64,000 nt of DNA from a virus (Duplodnaviria > Heunggongvirae > Uroviricota > Caudoviricetes), in IMG/VR virus record IMGVR_UViG_3300043411_001076. One strand, 5' to 3'. Shown here piece by piece: positions 28,884-38,023 of the stretch. Position 1 is the stretch's first letter, and each line of letters opens with the position of its first letter. The translations under genes were made by a program, and so were the position numbers. The notes under the pieces were generated by a model. It saw only the letters and a list, made by a program, of their open reading frames with translations. It was not told the origin of the DNA and searched no databases.

Positions 28884-28943
28884 AAAATAATAAAGCCTCT
28901 ACTAAGAGGCTCTATAGATAAATATACATATTTTATGAAAAGA

Positions 28944-29786
28944 TTATTTCAGACTCAAAAACTCATTAATTTTAAGCTTTAATCCGTCTATTGCCTTATG
29001 TAAAGAGGTACTATTGATACCTAGCTCCTCTGCTATTTCTTTTTTCTTCTTACCAGAAGACAGTAGTTCAACAATCGAAACCACAGAATCCCCCATACCT
29101 CTTTTTGTTTTAATCCACTTTTTAAAATCACTCATAATCATTTCTTCATTTGAATAATCCGAATCTTCTGTTGAGTTCTCTGTATAGTTTTTAGGTATCT
29201 CTGCTTTTTCCTTCATACCTCTTTTGATTTCTTTCTTTCTAAAATTTTTATACACACTACCAGCTACCATGTGAACATAACTTCCAAAACTTCCTCTACT
29301 AGGATTCCATGCCCCCTTTCCCTTGTTTCTAACAAGTAATCCCTTAAATACCTCTTGTAATAAGTCTTCTACCGATAAACCCTCTGACACTGCCCTTTTA
29401 GCATAATAAGCGTAAAATATCTTTTCTATATCTTTTTTCTTCTTTACTATATCTATCCCTGTATTAGATGGAGAGGTGACGCTCTCATCATCTACTACTA
29501 ATTCAGAATTATCTGCGTTACACGCCGCACATGTCTCTTTATAAGTTTTAATATTTTCTAAAATTCTATATATTGTCATGTCTGTTTTCGTATTTACCCT
29601 AAAATAGTTAAAAAATGTAGTGGCGGCCTTACTTTTCGACTGTTTCAGGAAATCTTTTACTGAATTATAGACAAACTCCCCAATCTTAAGCTCATACCTT
29701 TTTCTTTTTCCTTCCCCTTTTTCCTTAATCTGTACAGGTAATGAACCATCTTCGTATCTTGAATATAAAATATAAGTACTTTCCAT
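28944..29786 (-). CDS. sigma-70 family (ECF-like) RNA polymerase sigma factor with N-terminal extension
   Basis: Region 2: DLLQEVFKGLL...WNPSRGSFGSYVHMVAGSVYKNFRKK (cf. ECF D[LV]xQExF ... FDPSRGSFxxWL); region 4 HTH KKEIAEELGINSTSLHKAIDGLKLKINEFL. Confidence 0.7.
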   Translation of the reverse strand: MESTYILYSRYEDGSLPVQIKEKGEGKRKRYELKIGEFVYNSVKDFLKQSKSKAATTFFNYFRVNTKTDMTIYRILENIKTYKETCAACNADNSELVVDDESVTSPSNTGIDIVKKKKDIEKIFYAYYAKRAVSEGLSVEDLLQEVFKGLLVRNKGKGAWNPSRGSFGSYVHMVAGSVYKNFRKKEIKRGMKEKAEIPKNYTENSTEDSDYSNEEMIMSDFKKWIKTKRGMGDSVVSIVELLSSGKKKKEIAEELGINSTSLHKAIDGLKLKINEFLSLK

Positions 29787-29792
29787 AGCATA

Positions 29793-29830
29793 CCTCTAAA
29801 ATAAAAAAGACCCTATATAGGGTCTTTTAC
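29793..29830 (-). terminator. intrinsic terminator-like hairpin in the sigma-gene leader
   Basis: AGACCCTATATAGGGTCT palindrome; on - strand followed by TTTTTTATTTT, then SD AGAGG and the ATG at 29786. Confidence 0.55.
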
Positions 29831-29906
29831 TTAAATCTGATAACTGAGATATTCTTCATAAAACACTTAAAATAGTAGAGTACGTCAAGGGCATTAATAT
29901 ACCCTG

Positions 29907-29940
29907 ATTACTATAATAGTGTTTTTTATCAGTATGTCAA
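29907..29940 (-). promoter_or_regulatory. candidate sigma-70-type promoter (TTGACA-N16-TATTAT) upstream of sigma factor gene
   Basis: On - strand TTGACATACTGATAAAAAACACTATTATAG; two further TTGAC motifs nearby. Confidence 0.3.
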
Positions 29941-29951
29941 GATAGAGCGGG

Positions 29952-30581
29952 TCAATTTTCTTTATTTATAGCGTCTCTAAGTACTCTTAGTGCTAAGGCA
30001 TTGACATCTTTAGGTATAGAAGGAATAGTATAGTCTGGAAGTTTCTTAATATCTTTACTATTCTTTGGAGGACGGCCTGCTTTTCTTTTTAGCTGACCGT
30101 TATGTTTCAAATATTCGTTTACTCTGTTATCTACGAGATCGTTTACGTCATCATCGGACATGATGGGAGTAGATGTTACTTCCTTTAACTTTTCTCTTAG
30201 ATCTTTCAATTTACCTTTTGAACGTACAATGATATCGTCTTCACTATCTTCATCATAATCCTCTATAGTCGGGTCTTCTATAACAAGACCTGACTTTTCA
30301 TCTACAACGTCATCTTCTAATATATTAAAAGCCTCTGCAAAGAAAGATGGGCCTCTGTTATTAAATCTCTCAACCCAAGATAAAAGAGTTTGAAGACTAA
30401 TTCCCATGTCCTTATGTATAGTATTCATATAAGTATCAATAGATAAAAGATATACTGCAAATGCTTTTCTCTGCCCATCTTTTGTTGGGAAGTTTAAAGC
30501 TATATGAAATAATCCTTTTCTAGAGATACCCCATTTTTTATAATGTACTGCTAATTGCTTCTGTAATATTTTTTTAGGCAC
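29952..30581 (-). CDS. hypothetical protein with C-terminal AT-hook-like motif (RKAGRPPK)
   Basis: 209-aa ORF; acidic middle; KRKAGRPPKNSK. Confidence 0.45.
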   Translation of the reverse strand: MPKKILQKQLAVHYKKWGISRKGLFHIALNFPTKDGQRKAFAVYLLSIDTYMNTIHKDMGISLQTLLSWVERFNNRGPSFFAEAFNILEDDVVDEKSGLVIEDPTIEDYDEDSEDDIIVRSKGKLKDLREKLKEVTSTPIMSDDDVNDLVDNRVNEYLKHNGQLKRKAGRPPKNSKDIKKLPDYTIPSIPKDVNALALRVLRDAINKEN

Positions 30582-30596
30582 GATAAATTCTCTCTG

Positions 30597-31217
30597 CTAA
30601 ATAAATTTTAAACCTTTTTCTATAATCCTAGTTATCTCAGGATGGGGATAACCGTTAATCATAATACTATCGTGCTCGATTTTTATCTCTATTCCATCGT
30701 CACCAATAGGCCAATTATTTACAAGATGTTTATATCTATCCGATAAAATATGAACTACTTGATTGTCAGAACCAATATATCTACGTTTTCTACTTGCCTG
30801 ATCTTTTTTAAACAAGCCATCAACTATGATATCTGCATTATCAATAAGATCTGACTCACCATTCTTATTTTTAAGTCTTTTTAAAGCATTAAGAGTAAAT
30901 CCAGTAAAAATCATAACGGAAAGATCATGTTTCTTTAGTTCTTTTGCCAATACTGCAAGAGACTTTGCTTGTGCAAAGGGTTCACCACCAATAAAAGTAA
31001 CACCTTCGATAGTGTCTTTTACTTTTAAAATTTCTTCCAAGAGAAATTCTACGGTAACAGTTCTGTTTTCTTTAAACTCTAATAAATGAGGATTACAACA
31101 ATCAGGGCATCTAAAAAAGCATCCTTGCACCCATAGGGCAAATCGTTTTCCTGGCCCTTCAACCTCTGTGACTGAGTTGTAGTATCCAATATTGAGAGTT
31201 ACTTCGTTCAATAACAC
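30597..31217 (-). CDS. glycyl-radical-enzyme activating protein (PflA/NrdG-like radical SAM)
   Basis: EGPGKRFALWVQGCFFRCPDCCNPHL matches activase signature DGPGxRxxxFxxGCxxxCxxCxN (Cx3Cx2C cluster). Confidence 0.7.
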   Translation of the reverse strand: MLLNEVTLNIGYYNSVTEVEGPGKRFALWVQGCFFRCPDCCNPHLLEFKENRTVTVEFLLEEILKVKDTIEGVTFIGGEPFAQAKSLAVLAKELKKHDLSVMIFTGFTLNALKRLKNKNGESDLIDNADIIVDGLFKKDQASRKRRYIGSDNQVVHILSDRYKHLVNNWPIGDDGIEIKIEHDSIMINGYPHPEITRIIEKGLKFI

Positions 31218-31226
31218 AGAAACCTC

Positions 31227-32402
31227 CTACAGAACATTTTTTAAGAATTGAAGCGGATCTTTTGGGGACTTCTTTAATCTCCGCTCCTTATAGAATAGTG
31301 CTTTTTTCCAGTCTTTTATTAAATCATATATCCAAGTAGTATCCTTAAAGAAGGATATGTTCTTTTCGTCTGTTGTTTCTCTTAGTCGTATTAGTATATT
31401 TTTAAAAAATACGGACGATCTTCTCTTATTATTGTCATAAGGTAAATGAATTATAAAGTCTATTTTCGATCCATAATTCTTAACATCTGTAATTTCTATG
31501 ATTATATTTCCTTCTAATCTATCAAACGTGAATGAAATTAATCTATCTTTCCTATCCCAATTCTTATGGAAGGTAAACGTAAACCAAGTCGGCTTTACAT
31601 TCAAACCAAGTAGACAGATAATTTCACTATGACTTATATCGTCAGAATTTTGTTTCAAATGTTTTAAAAATCTTGGGGAAACATGAGCATCACATGACAT
31701 ACCGAAAAACGTAAGGCTGTCATTTTCTTTTGGTCCTATTTTTAATCCGCATATCTGCTGACTTCTCAACATCGGCTTTCTATAAGCGGGTCGCTTACTA
31801 CACGGGTTAATTCCCAAATAAGCCCTATCTTTTAAAGATAGATATAATATGAAGTCCAAAGAATCACATCTGGTATTTATAGCGTAACTAAAATCGAATC
31901 CTTCTATAAAATTTGAACCTTTCAAAAATTTTATAATATCATCCAAACTTATTATCTCTGCACAGTCTATTTTATCCAGTAAAGCGACTAAAGATTTAAG
32001 ATATACCTCATGTTCCCTATAAAAAGAAATCGTTGTATACCTGTCTAAAGACTCATAGATAGTTCCTACCAAGTATCTCGGTAAAACATGAGATGGGGAA
32101 CTTTCTAGTATCATTACTATTTTATTATTTTTGGCCCATTTATTTTCTAAATCATCAAAATAAATACGTTCTAATATATCTGGGTCAGAGTCTGCGTCTC
32201 TGATTTCCCATAAAATCTCCAAAGATTTACTATCCCCTTGCTCTACGAACATAGTTATATTATCTTGTATAATACTCTTATCATCCTCCCAATGTTCGTC
32301 TCTAAAAGATTTTCGCTTATGGTATGAATAAAGGTCGTAAGTTGCTAATTTGTCGCTTAAATCAGATAATAATCTTAGCCTATCTATATCAGTATTAAAC
32401 AT
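31227..32402 (-). CDS. hypothetical protein (391 aa)
   Basis: Long ORF; no motif recognised. Confidence 0.5.
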   Translation of the reverse strand: MFNTDIDRLRLLSDLSDKLATYDLYSYHKRKSFRDEHWEDDKSIIQDNITMFVEQGDSKSLEILWEIRDADSDPDILERIYFDDLENKWAKNNKIVMILESSPSHVLPRYLVGTIYESLDRYTTISFYREHEVYLKSLVALLDKIDCAEIISLDDIIKFLKGSNFIEGFDFSYAINTRCDSLDFILYLSLKDRAYLGINPCSKRPAYRKPMLRSQQICGLKIGPKENDSLTFFGMSCDAHVSPRFLKHLKQNSDDISHSEIICLLGLNVKPTWFTFTFHKNWDRKDRLISFTFDRLEGNIIIEITDVKNYGSKIDFIIHLPYDNNKRRSSVFFKNILIRLRETTDEKNISFFKDTTWIYDLIKDWKKALFYKERRLKKSPKDPLQFLKNVL

Positions 32403-32470
32403 AAAAAGCCTCTATTAGGAAGAGAATGGACTCTCCTAATAGAGGCTTTTATAAAATTTTACGACATAGA

Positions 32471-34636
32471 TCAGCCAGCATTAAACTCTGTAACGAGTTT
32501 TTCAATGTCAGCTTTCAATAGAGTCTTCTTATCAAGAAGTTCTGTAAGTAATTTATCGAATAATGGACGATTATCAGCCAAAATCGTCTGGCAACGTTTT
32601 TGCTGTTCTTTTAGAATATTATCAATGTGAACATCAATTTTATTCGATAGTTCAGCACTTACACTAGGACGATCATCTTTGTCGTGAACATGACCGACAG
32701 GTGCTGTAATTGCTCTCAATGTAGCATCTGACATACCCAACCGTTCTACCATGAGTCTAGCGATATCAGTAGCTTTTTCGAGATCGTTCGCACAACCAGC
32801 CGAAAAATCACCATAAATTAGGAGTTCTGCTTCACGACCGCCAAATAGGATGCAAATGGTATCCAGGAATTGACCGCGTGTTTGAACGTATTTCTTATCA
32901 CCTGTCTCATGCAATACGTAACCAAGAGCACCTTCTTTATCAGAAGCAATGGTAATTTTTTCAATAGGTTCACTATTTGTAGTCTTTAGTCCAATGATAG
33001 CATGGCCTACTTCATGAACTGCAATTACCCTTTCTTCTTTCACACTCAACTTAATTTTTGTAGATGCCGATTTAGGCAAAGCAGCCATACAATTTTCTTC
33101 TGTAAGCAAAATTTCTTCGGCTTTAATGAACTTTCCCTTCTTTGCAGTTTCTTGAGAACGTCGAATGGATTCACGTTTCAATCCGCGTGCAATAGCGTTC
33201 AAGTGATCACCTGAAAACTTGAGATTGTTCTTAACGTCAGAGTATCCGCCTGTACGATCTACGAGAAACTTAATCAGTTCGTCAGACAGATTAAGATTGA
33301 ATTTTTTACGGTACAGATCAAGGATGATCTTTCTATCGTCTTCTTTTGGGTAAGGAATCTCAATCTGCAATTCAAAACGACCAGGACGTAACAGTGCAGC
33401 ATCGATACTTTCCACAAAGTTTGTGGTGGCTACGATAAATACAAGATCTTCCTTACGGAATCCGTCCATTTCTGTGAGTAGTTGGTTAACCATTGAGTGT
33501 TCAACACCGCTACCACCGTAAGTACCACGGTGAGTTGCAAAGCTATCAATTTCGTCAAACACGATAATTGACGGTGCCGATTTTCGTGCCTTCATAAATA
33601 CGTCACGAATGTTTTTCTCTGAATCACCAACCCACTTACTTTTTAGTTCTGGACCAGAAACAATAATGATTGTGGCATCCAATGCAGTGGCCATAGCCTT
33701 TGCAAAGAATGTTTTACCCGTACCTGGAGGTCCAGAGAAAATCATACCTTTTGGTATAATTTCTTCAATCTGCTTAACCTCATCTACAGAGGTTAGTGTC
33801 TCCTTATAATTAAGGAGTTCAAGAATTTCGTTTTTAATGCGTTTTTTTACTTCTGAGTACCCACCGATGTCATTATCCAAACTTACGTTTGGAAAATCTA
33901 CATCTGAGGTGATAGTCATATTACGAAGTTCTCGGTACAATGCATTTGTCTGAGACTCGTCATCTTTATTATAATCTAAACGATCATGAAAAGACTCAAG
34001 GACTTCACGTAGTCTAACAACGTTCATCCCAGAAACATATTTATACAATTTGAAAGGATTAAATTCTTTATGTCCAAATTTCTTGGCCTCTGTCTGAGTA
34101 ATTACACAAGGCAGAATATCACGTGTAATTCCAGAAATCGTTCTCTTAGCCGAGAATAGATGTTCAATAGGCTCTGGAATTTCCAAAGAAGGATCTTTAA
34201 ACATGACGATACGAACATCAGGATTATCGTAGACAGCAGCCATCAATTCTCTACTCGTATCTGTCATACCTGATTTAGAGGTAGTAACTGCAACGTCAAG
34301 GTGAGGAATAAACAAGCAGATATTAGATTCACCAGAGAAAATTCTCACAAGCGTTTGTGCCAACAAGTGTCGCATAATATTTCCACCACTTTCAGGATCT
34401 GGACCTGCAATGAGGTGGCTGGTAAATTTAAATGCTGTATTGTCTTTCAATGCTGTACGAATAAGTTTATACACATAAGTATAAAGTTGCTTCTCACATT
34501 CAATGAGAACGTTCATTCCCTTTACAATCTTATCAACGATCCATTCCAAATCTTCACGATATGCGATTTGTACAGCATTCAAATGTGTCAATTTTGCAGG
34601 CAGTGAACTGATCTGTGTCAAAGTCTTATCCGACAT
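32471..34636 (-). CDS. FtsH-like AAA+ ATPase / M41 zinc metalloprotease, no N-terminal TM region
   Basis: Walker A GPPGTGKT, Walker [37 protein letters not shown] (HEVGHAIIG), [33 protein letters not shown] matches the FtsH protease core; ORF-track start 34729 is TTG, ATG 34636 preceded by AAGAGAGAAAAGAAG. Confidence 0.8.
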   Translation of the reverse strand: MSDKTLTQISSLPAKLTHLNAVQIAYREDLEWIVDKIVKGMNVLIECEKQLYTYVYKLIRTALKDNTAFKFTSHLIAGPDPESGGNIMRHLLAQTLVRIFSGESNICLFIPHLDVAVTTSKSGMTDTSRELMAAVYDNPDVRIVMFKDPSLEIPEPIEHLFSAKRTISGITRDILPCVITQTEAKKFGHKEFNPFKLYKYVSGMNVVRLREVLESFHDRLDYNKDDESQTNALYRELRNMTITSDVDFPNVSLDNDIGGYSEVKKRIKNEILELLNYKETLTSVDEVKQIEEIIPKGMIFSGPPGTGKTFFAKAMATALDATIIIVSGPELKSKWVGDSEKNIRDVFMKARKSAPSIIVFDEIDSFATHRGTYGGSGVEHSMVNQLLTEMDGFRKEDLVFIVATTNFVESIDAALLRPGRFELQIEIPYPKEDDRKIILDLYRKKFNLNLSDELIKFLVDRTGGYSDVKNNLKFSGDHLNAIARGLKRESIRRSQETAKKGKFIKAEEILLTEENCMAALPKSASTKIKLSVKEERVIAVHEVGHAIIGLKTTNSEPIEKITIASDKEGALGYVLHETGDKKYVQTRGQFLDTICILFGGREAELLIYGDFSAGCANDLEKATDIARLMVERLGMSDATLRAITAPVGHVHDKDDRPSVSAELSNKIDVHIDNILKEQQKRCQTILADNRPLFDKLLTELLDKKTLLKADIEKLVTEFNAG

Positions 34637-34736
34637 CTTCTTTTCTCTCTTCTTTTCTTGTTTTTGATTAACACCCACAGACAGTCTCTGTGAGTTCTTA
34701 GTATAAAATAATTGATAATGAATGTGCAAATAAAAA

Positions 34737-35744
34737 CTAAGACACTATTTTATCTTTTGGTAGCCCTGTATACTCATGTACATCGTTCACCTTACTATTT
34801 TTATAGAATCCAGTATAAAATAGTCGATATTCGATGGGATTTCCATCTATATCTCTAGGGACTATAAAAATAAGTGGATCTTTTTCCACAAATCTAATAA
34901 AATTGTATATAGCACACATGGTTTTATAACGTAAATGTGCTAAGGATCTACGTGTCCAATCACAATGTATGGAAGTGACATATCCAGTATCACCTGTGGA
35001 ACTAAAGTACAGTACAGAATAAATACTCACTTTATTTTTATCAGTTAATCTAAATCCTTCACGGATTGTAGATACTGACTTTAGCTGTCTCTTCATCTCT
35101 TCCGTGAGTTCATTAAATGCAGACTCGTTGAACTTTACACTACACATGGTAGAACGGTTAACATCTTTAATTAATCTAGGATCATTATAGGTATATTCTA
35201 TAGATAGATCCAAATTAAGACGGTAGACAATAGATTTTTTATAAGACTCGTTTATCTGCTTAATGGGCTTATTTTTAGTCTCTTTTTTATCTGAATCTGT
35301 AGTAGGGTCTGTTTTTTCTTCTCTACGTCTAATAGAAACAGACTCTGATATATTATTAATTTGAGGAAGTGTTTCCTGCTCCGTATTAGAAGCTGGAATA
35401 TCTATTTTGTAAGGGATAATTATCTGTCTACTATTAACGAAATCTATAGTAATATTTTTAACATACTCTTGGGATGCAAAACTATGTACAATAGTATCAA
35501 AAGCTATTTTCAACACTGTTACAATATTATATAAATCTTTACTTATAACAGGTATGATAAAGTCATTATCAAAATGAGAATACATTAAAAAGTGACCATA
35601 TCTATTATTTCTTTCAAAACCAGAAAATAAGTAAATACGATTTCTAAGTAAAAATTCTACCTCGTTCTTCTGTATAGCAAAACGTTCGTATAGTCTATGC
35701 ATAGCATGTGATGACCAACGAAGTTTATTAAAGTTGATGTCCAT
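34737..35744 (-). CDS. hypothetical protein
   Basis: 335-aa ORF. Confidence 0.5.
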   Translation of the reverse strand: MDINFNKLRWSSHAMHRLYERFAIQKNEVEFLLRNRIYLFSGFERNNRYGHFLMYSHFDNDFIIPVISKDLYNIVTVLKIAFDTIVHSFASQEYVKNITIDFVNSRQIIIPYKIDIPASNTEQETLPQINNISESVSIRRREEKTDPTTDSDKKETKNKPIKQINESYKKSIVYRLNLDLSIEYTYNDPRLIKDVNRSTMCSVKFNESAFNELTEEMKRQLKSVSTIREGFRLTDKNKVSIYSVLYFSSTGDTGYVTSIHCDWTRRSLAHLRYKTMCAIYNFIRFVEKDPLIFIVPRDIDGNPIEYRLFYTGFYKNSKVNDVHEYTGLPKDKIVS

Positions 35745-35777
35745 TTTCTTCTTTCCTAGAGAGAATTTCCCCCGTGG

Positions 35778-36233
35778 TTAAATTAAAAGATGGAATAAAG
35801 AATCGTCTACTCTTCCATCTTTATGTCCAAAAATAAAGAATGTCCCTGATGAGTCATCTTCTATCTCTATAGACACCTCAAATCTAATTCCTCTTGTTAA
35901 ATTAATTTCACTTGGTATTAACTTATAATAATGCAACGGATACTTTATGCTAGGTAAATTTTTCAGAACACATCTTAAAGTAGTTCCTTCCCTTTTCCCA
36001 AGTAGACTAAAAGAATCCATTGGTTTATCTTTATAAATTTGATTTTCACAGGAAAAATATTCTCTCGTACTTTTTACGTCAGTTCTTCTAACTAAAATGA
36101 TATTTTCTTGAAATAACATACTCATTCGTTTATAAATAGAAAATAGATGATTAACTGCTGTATGGTCATCTGGATTTTCTATTAAAGTATGAAGTAATTG
36201 GATTCTTTTATCAGAACTTTGTTCTGAAGACAT
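35778..36233 (-). CDS. hypothetical protein
   Basis: 151-aa ORF. Confidence 0.45.
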   Translation of the reverse strand: MSSEQSSDKRIQLLHTLIENPDDHTAVNHLFSIYKRMSMLFQENIILVRRTDVKSTREYFSCENQIYKDKPMDSFSLLGKREGTTLRCVLKNLPSIKYPLHYYKLIPSEINLTRGIRFEVSIEIEDDSSGTFFIFGHKDGRVDDSLFHLLI

Positions 36234-36236
36234 AAG

Positions 36237-37202
36237 TTATTCCAAATTTAATAAGTCAGTAATAGACTGCTTCTCGTTTTCTATCTTATTAGTTTCTTGT
36301 ATAGTATCCTGCTCTGGATCTGTAAATTCCAAAATAGGAATCTGCTTCATTTTGTGAAACATACGAGAGACAAACTTTCTCGCTCGTTCCACACTCTTAA
36401 AGATAGCAACTTTCGGATCTCTATTGTAATAAAAACTAAAAGAATCAAACTCCTCACCGATACCCCTTCCTACCTCTACCTCATAAATAATGTATGAGTC
36501 TCTAAAGTTAAAATCAATCAAGACATCCAAATCATCTCCGAAGGTAAAATCCATACCGTCAATTTCACAAGCATTCTCCTTAATATTGGAGAATTCTTTC
36601 ATAATCTTTCTAATATCAGAACAAGCACGTCTTGATAATAAGACTTTTGACATTGCATACGAAATCTGATGTAAAAAAGGTTCCCAATTATAGTCATGGG
36701 GAGGAGGAATAGTTAAATTTTCAGTATGGATTTTCTGACCTTCACTATAAAAATATAAAATTCCGTCCAAATATTCAGTGTTGCTCTGATCCGTAGAAAT
36801 AAATATTTCTATAGATACACGGATACTATCTGTTGTATTGAAATAAATAAAATGCTTCTCTTCCAAAGATTCAGTATATACTTTATATCCTGCTAAAGGC
36901 CGAAGTTTGGACTTTATTAGAGAAGACATCTTAAATAAATTAATGGATCTATTGGGAGAATTTGAGAATATAGACATATTAGCATCCCTATTATCCTTAT
37001 TAAATCTCATCTGATTTTTATTAGGACGCTCTATAGTAGTTTCGGATTTGTCTACGGTAGAGTAGCTATGGTTTTTATATTCTTTAATAGTCTTAGGAAA
37101 AGAATCTGCTTCAACTGTGTTAGGTAGCGTCTTTTGTGTCATTTTATTCATATTGGGCTTGACCATTATACTAATTCCTTTATACTGTTCTATACTAGAC
37201 AC
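36237..37202 (-). CDS. hypothetical protein
   Basis: 321-aa ORF; start uncertain (several in-frame Met near N-terminus). Confidence 0.5.
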   Translation of the reverse strand: MSSIEQYKGISIMVKPNMNKMTQKTLPNTVEADSFPKTIKEYKNHSYSTVDKSETTIERPNKNQMRFNKDNRDANMSIFSNSPNRSINLFKMSSLIKSKLRPLAGYKVYTESLEEKHFIYFNTTDSIRVSIEIFISTDQSNTEYLDGILYFYSEGQKIHTENLTIPPPHDYNWEPFLHQISYAMSKVLLSRRACSDIRKIMKEFSNIKENACEIDGMDFTFGDDLDVLIDFNFRDSYIIYEVEVGRGIGEEFDSFSFYYNRDPKVAIFKSVERARKFVSRMFHKMKQIPILEFTDPEQDTIQETNKIENEKQSITDLLNLE

Positions 37203-37222
37203 TCAAAAAGTGTCTACGGTTA

Positions 37223-37277
37223 ATCCTACCAAAACATCCCCAAAACTCCTTCCTTATTATCCTACCAAAACACCCTT
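37223..37277. repeat. two direct repeats ATCCTACCAAAACA(T/C)CC, 36 bp apart, in a divergent intergenic region
   Basis: C-rich repeats in an otherwise AT-rich intergenic region between divergent gene starts. Confidence 0.5.
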
Positions 37278-37299
37278 CCTAATCACCACCCCGAATAAA

Positions 37300-37331
37300 C
37301 CCTATCATGTGAATGGTAGGGTTTATTTTTA
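37300..37331. terminator. hairpin + T-run (terminator-like) inside the divergent region
   Basis: CCCTATCAT-gtga-ATGGTAGGG (one G-U pair) then TTTATTTTTAT. Confidence 0.45.
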
Positions 37332-37347
37332 TCTAATTGGAAAGAGT

Positions 37348-37626
37348 ATGGTATCAAAAGAAAAGAAGTGTAAAGTATCAAAAGAAGTGAAGAATGTATT
37401 CGCTAACGATCCAAAGAAATTGACAGTAGATGTAAAGATCATACTGTCAGAAGCTTATGCAAAAGAAGGGACTAAATGGATAAGAGAAACTTTCTTCAGA
37501 GAAGGAATCTCTATAGAGTCAGAAGATAAAGAAAATTTCTTCTTGGTTGCAAAGATACAGAAAAAACATATTGATCGACTAGACTACTCTATTTTTGTTA
37601 CGTTCGTGGACTTGCACAAAACTTAA
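37348..37626 (+). CDS. hypothetical K/E-rich small protein (short form; ORF track gives 37117 with TM + PT-rich N-terminus)
   Basis: GGAAAGAG upstream of ATG 37348; the long form would overlap the divergent gene start and contain the terminator-like hairpin. Confidence 0.3.
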   Translation: MVSKEKKCKVSKEVKNVFANDPKKLTVDVKIILSEAYAKEGTKWIRETFFREGISIESEDKENFFLVAKIQKKHIDRLDYSIFVTFVDLHKT

Positions 37627-37629
37627 ATA

Positions 37630-37929
37630 TTATTTTAGTTTTGCGGATAATTCTTTTAACTCCTGTTCTTTTCTCTCTTGAATAATCCTTTTCTTTTTCT
37701 CGTCTTTCGATTCTTCTTTGACAACTTCTGTTACACAATACAGATTCTTCATTTCTCTTACTTCCTGAAGTAAATTTCTATTCATATCACATAAAATTAC
37801 TCTTGTCGATTCTAATATGTGATTTATTAATACTCCTTTAGAAAGTAAGATAGCTTTAATAGTTTCAAACTCTTCATTAGTAGATTCTGGAAAACCACGT
37901 ACTATAACGTATGCCATATTCGTAATCAT
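37630..37929 (-). CDS. hypothetical small protein
   Basis: 99-aa ORF, charged C-terminal coiled-coil. Confidence 0.45.
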   Translation of the reverse strand: MITNMAYVIVRGFPESTNEEFETIKAILLSKGVLINHILESTRVILCDMNRNLLQEVREMKNLYCVTEVVKEESKDEKKKRIIQERKEQELKELSAKLK

Positions 37930-38023
37930 TTTTATATCCTTAAAAAATAAAAAGAAGAAGTAGAGTCTTAAATCGAAAACCCCACTTCTTCTTAATAGGT
38001 TATTCTACCCAGATTGTCAAAAT

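Noticed and set aside
37117-37626. Long form of the + strand ORF (TM helix + PT-rich linker)
   Set aside because: It would overlap the divergent gene start by 85 nt and would translate through a hairpin + T-run. The shorter 37348 start with an RBS is preferred. The long form is not excluded.
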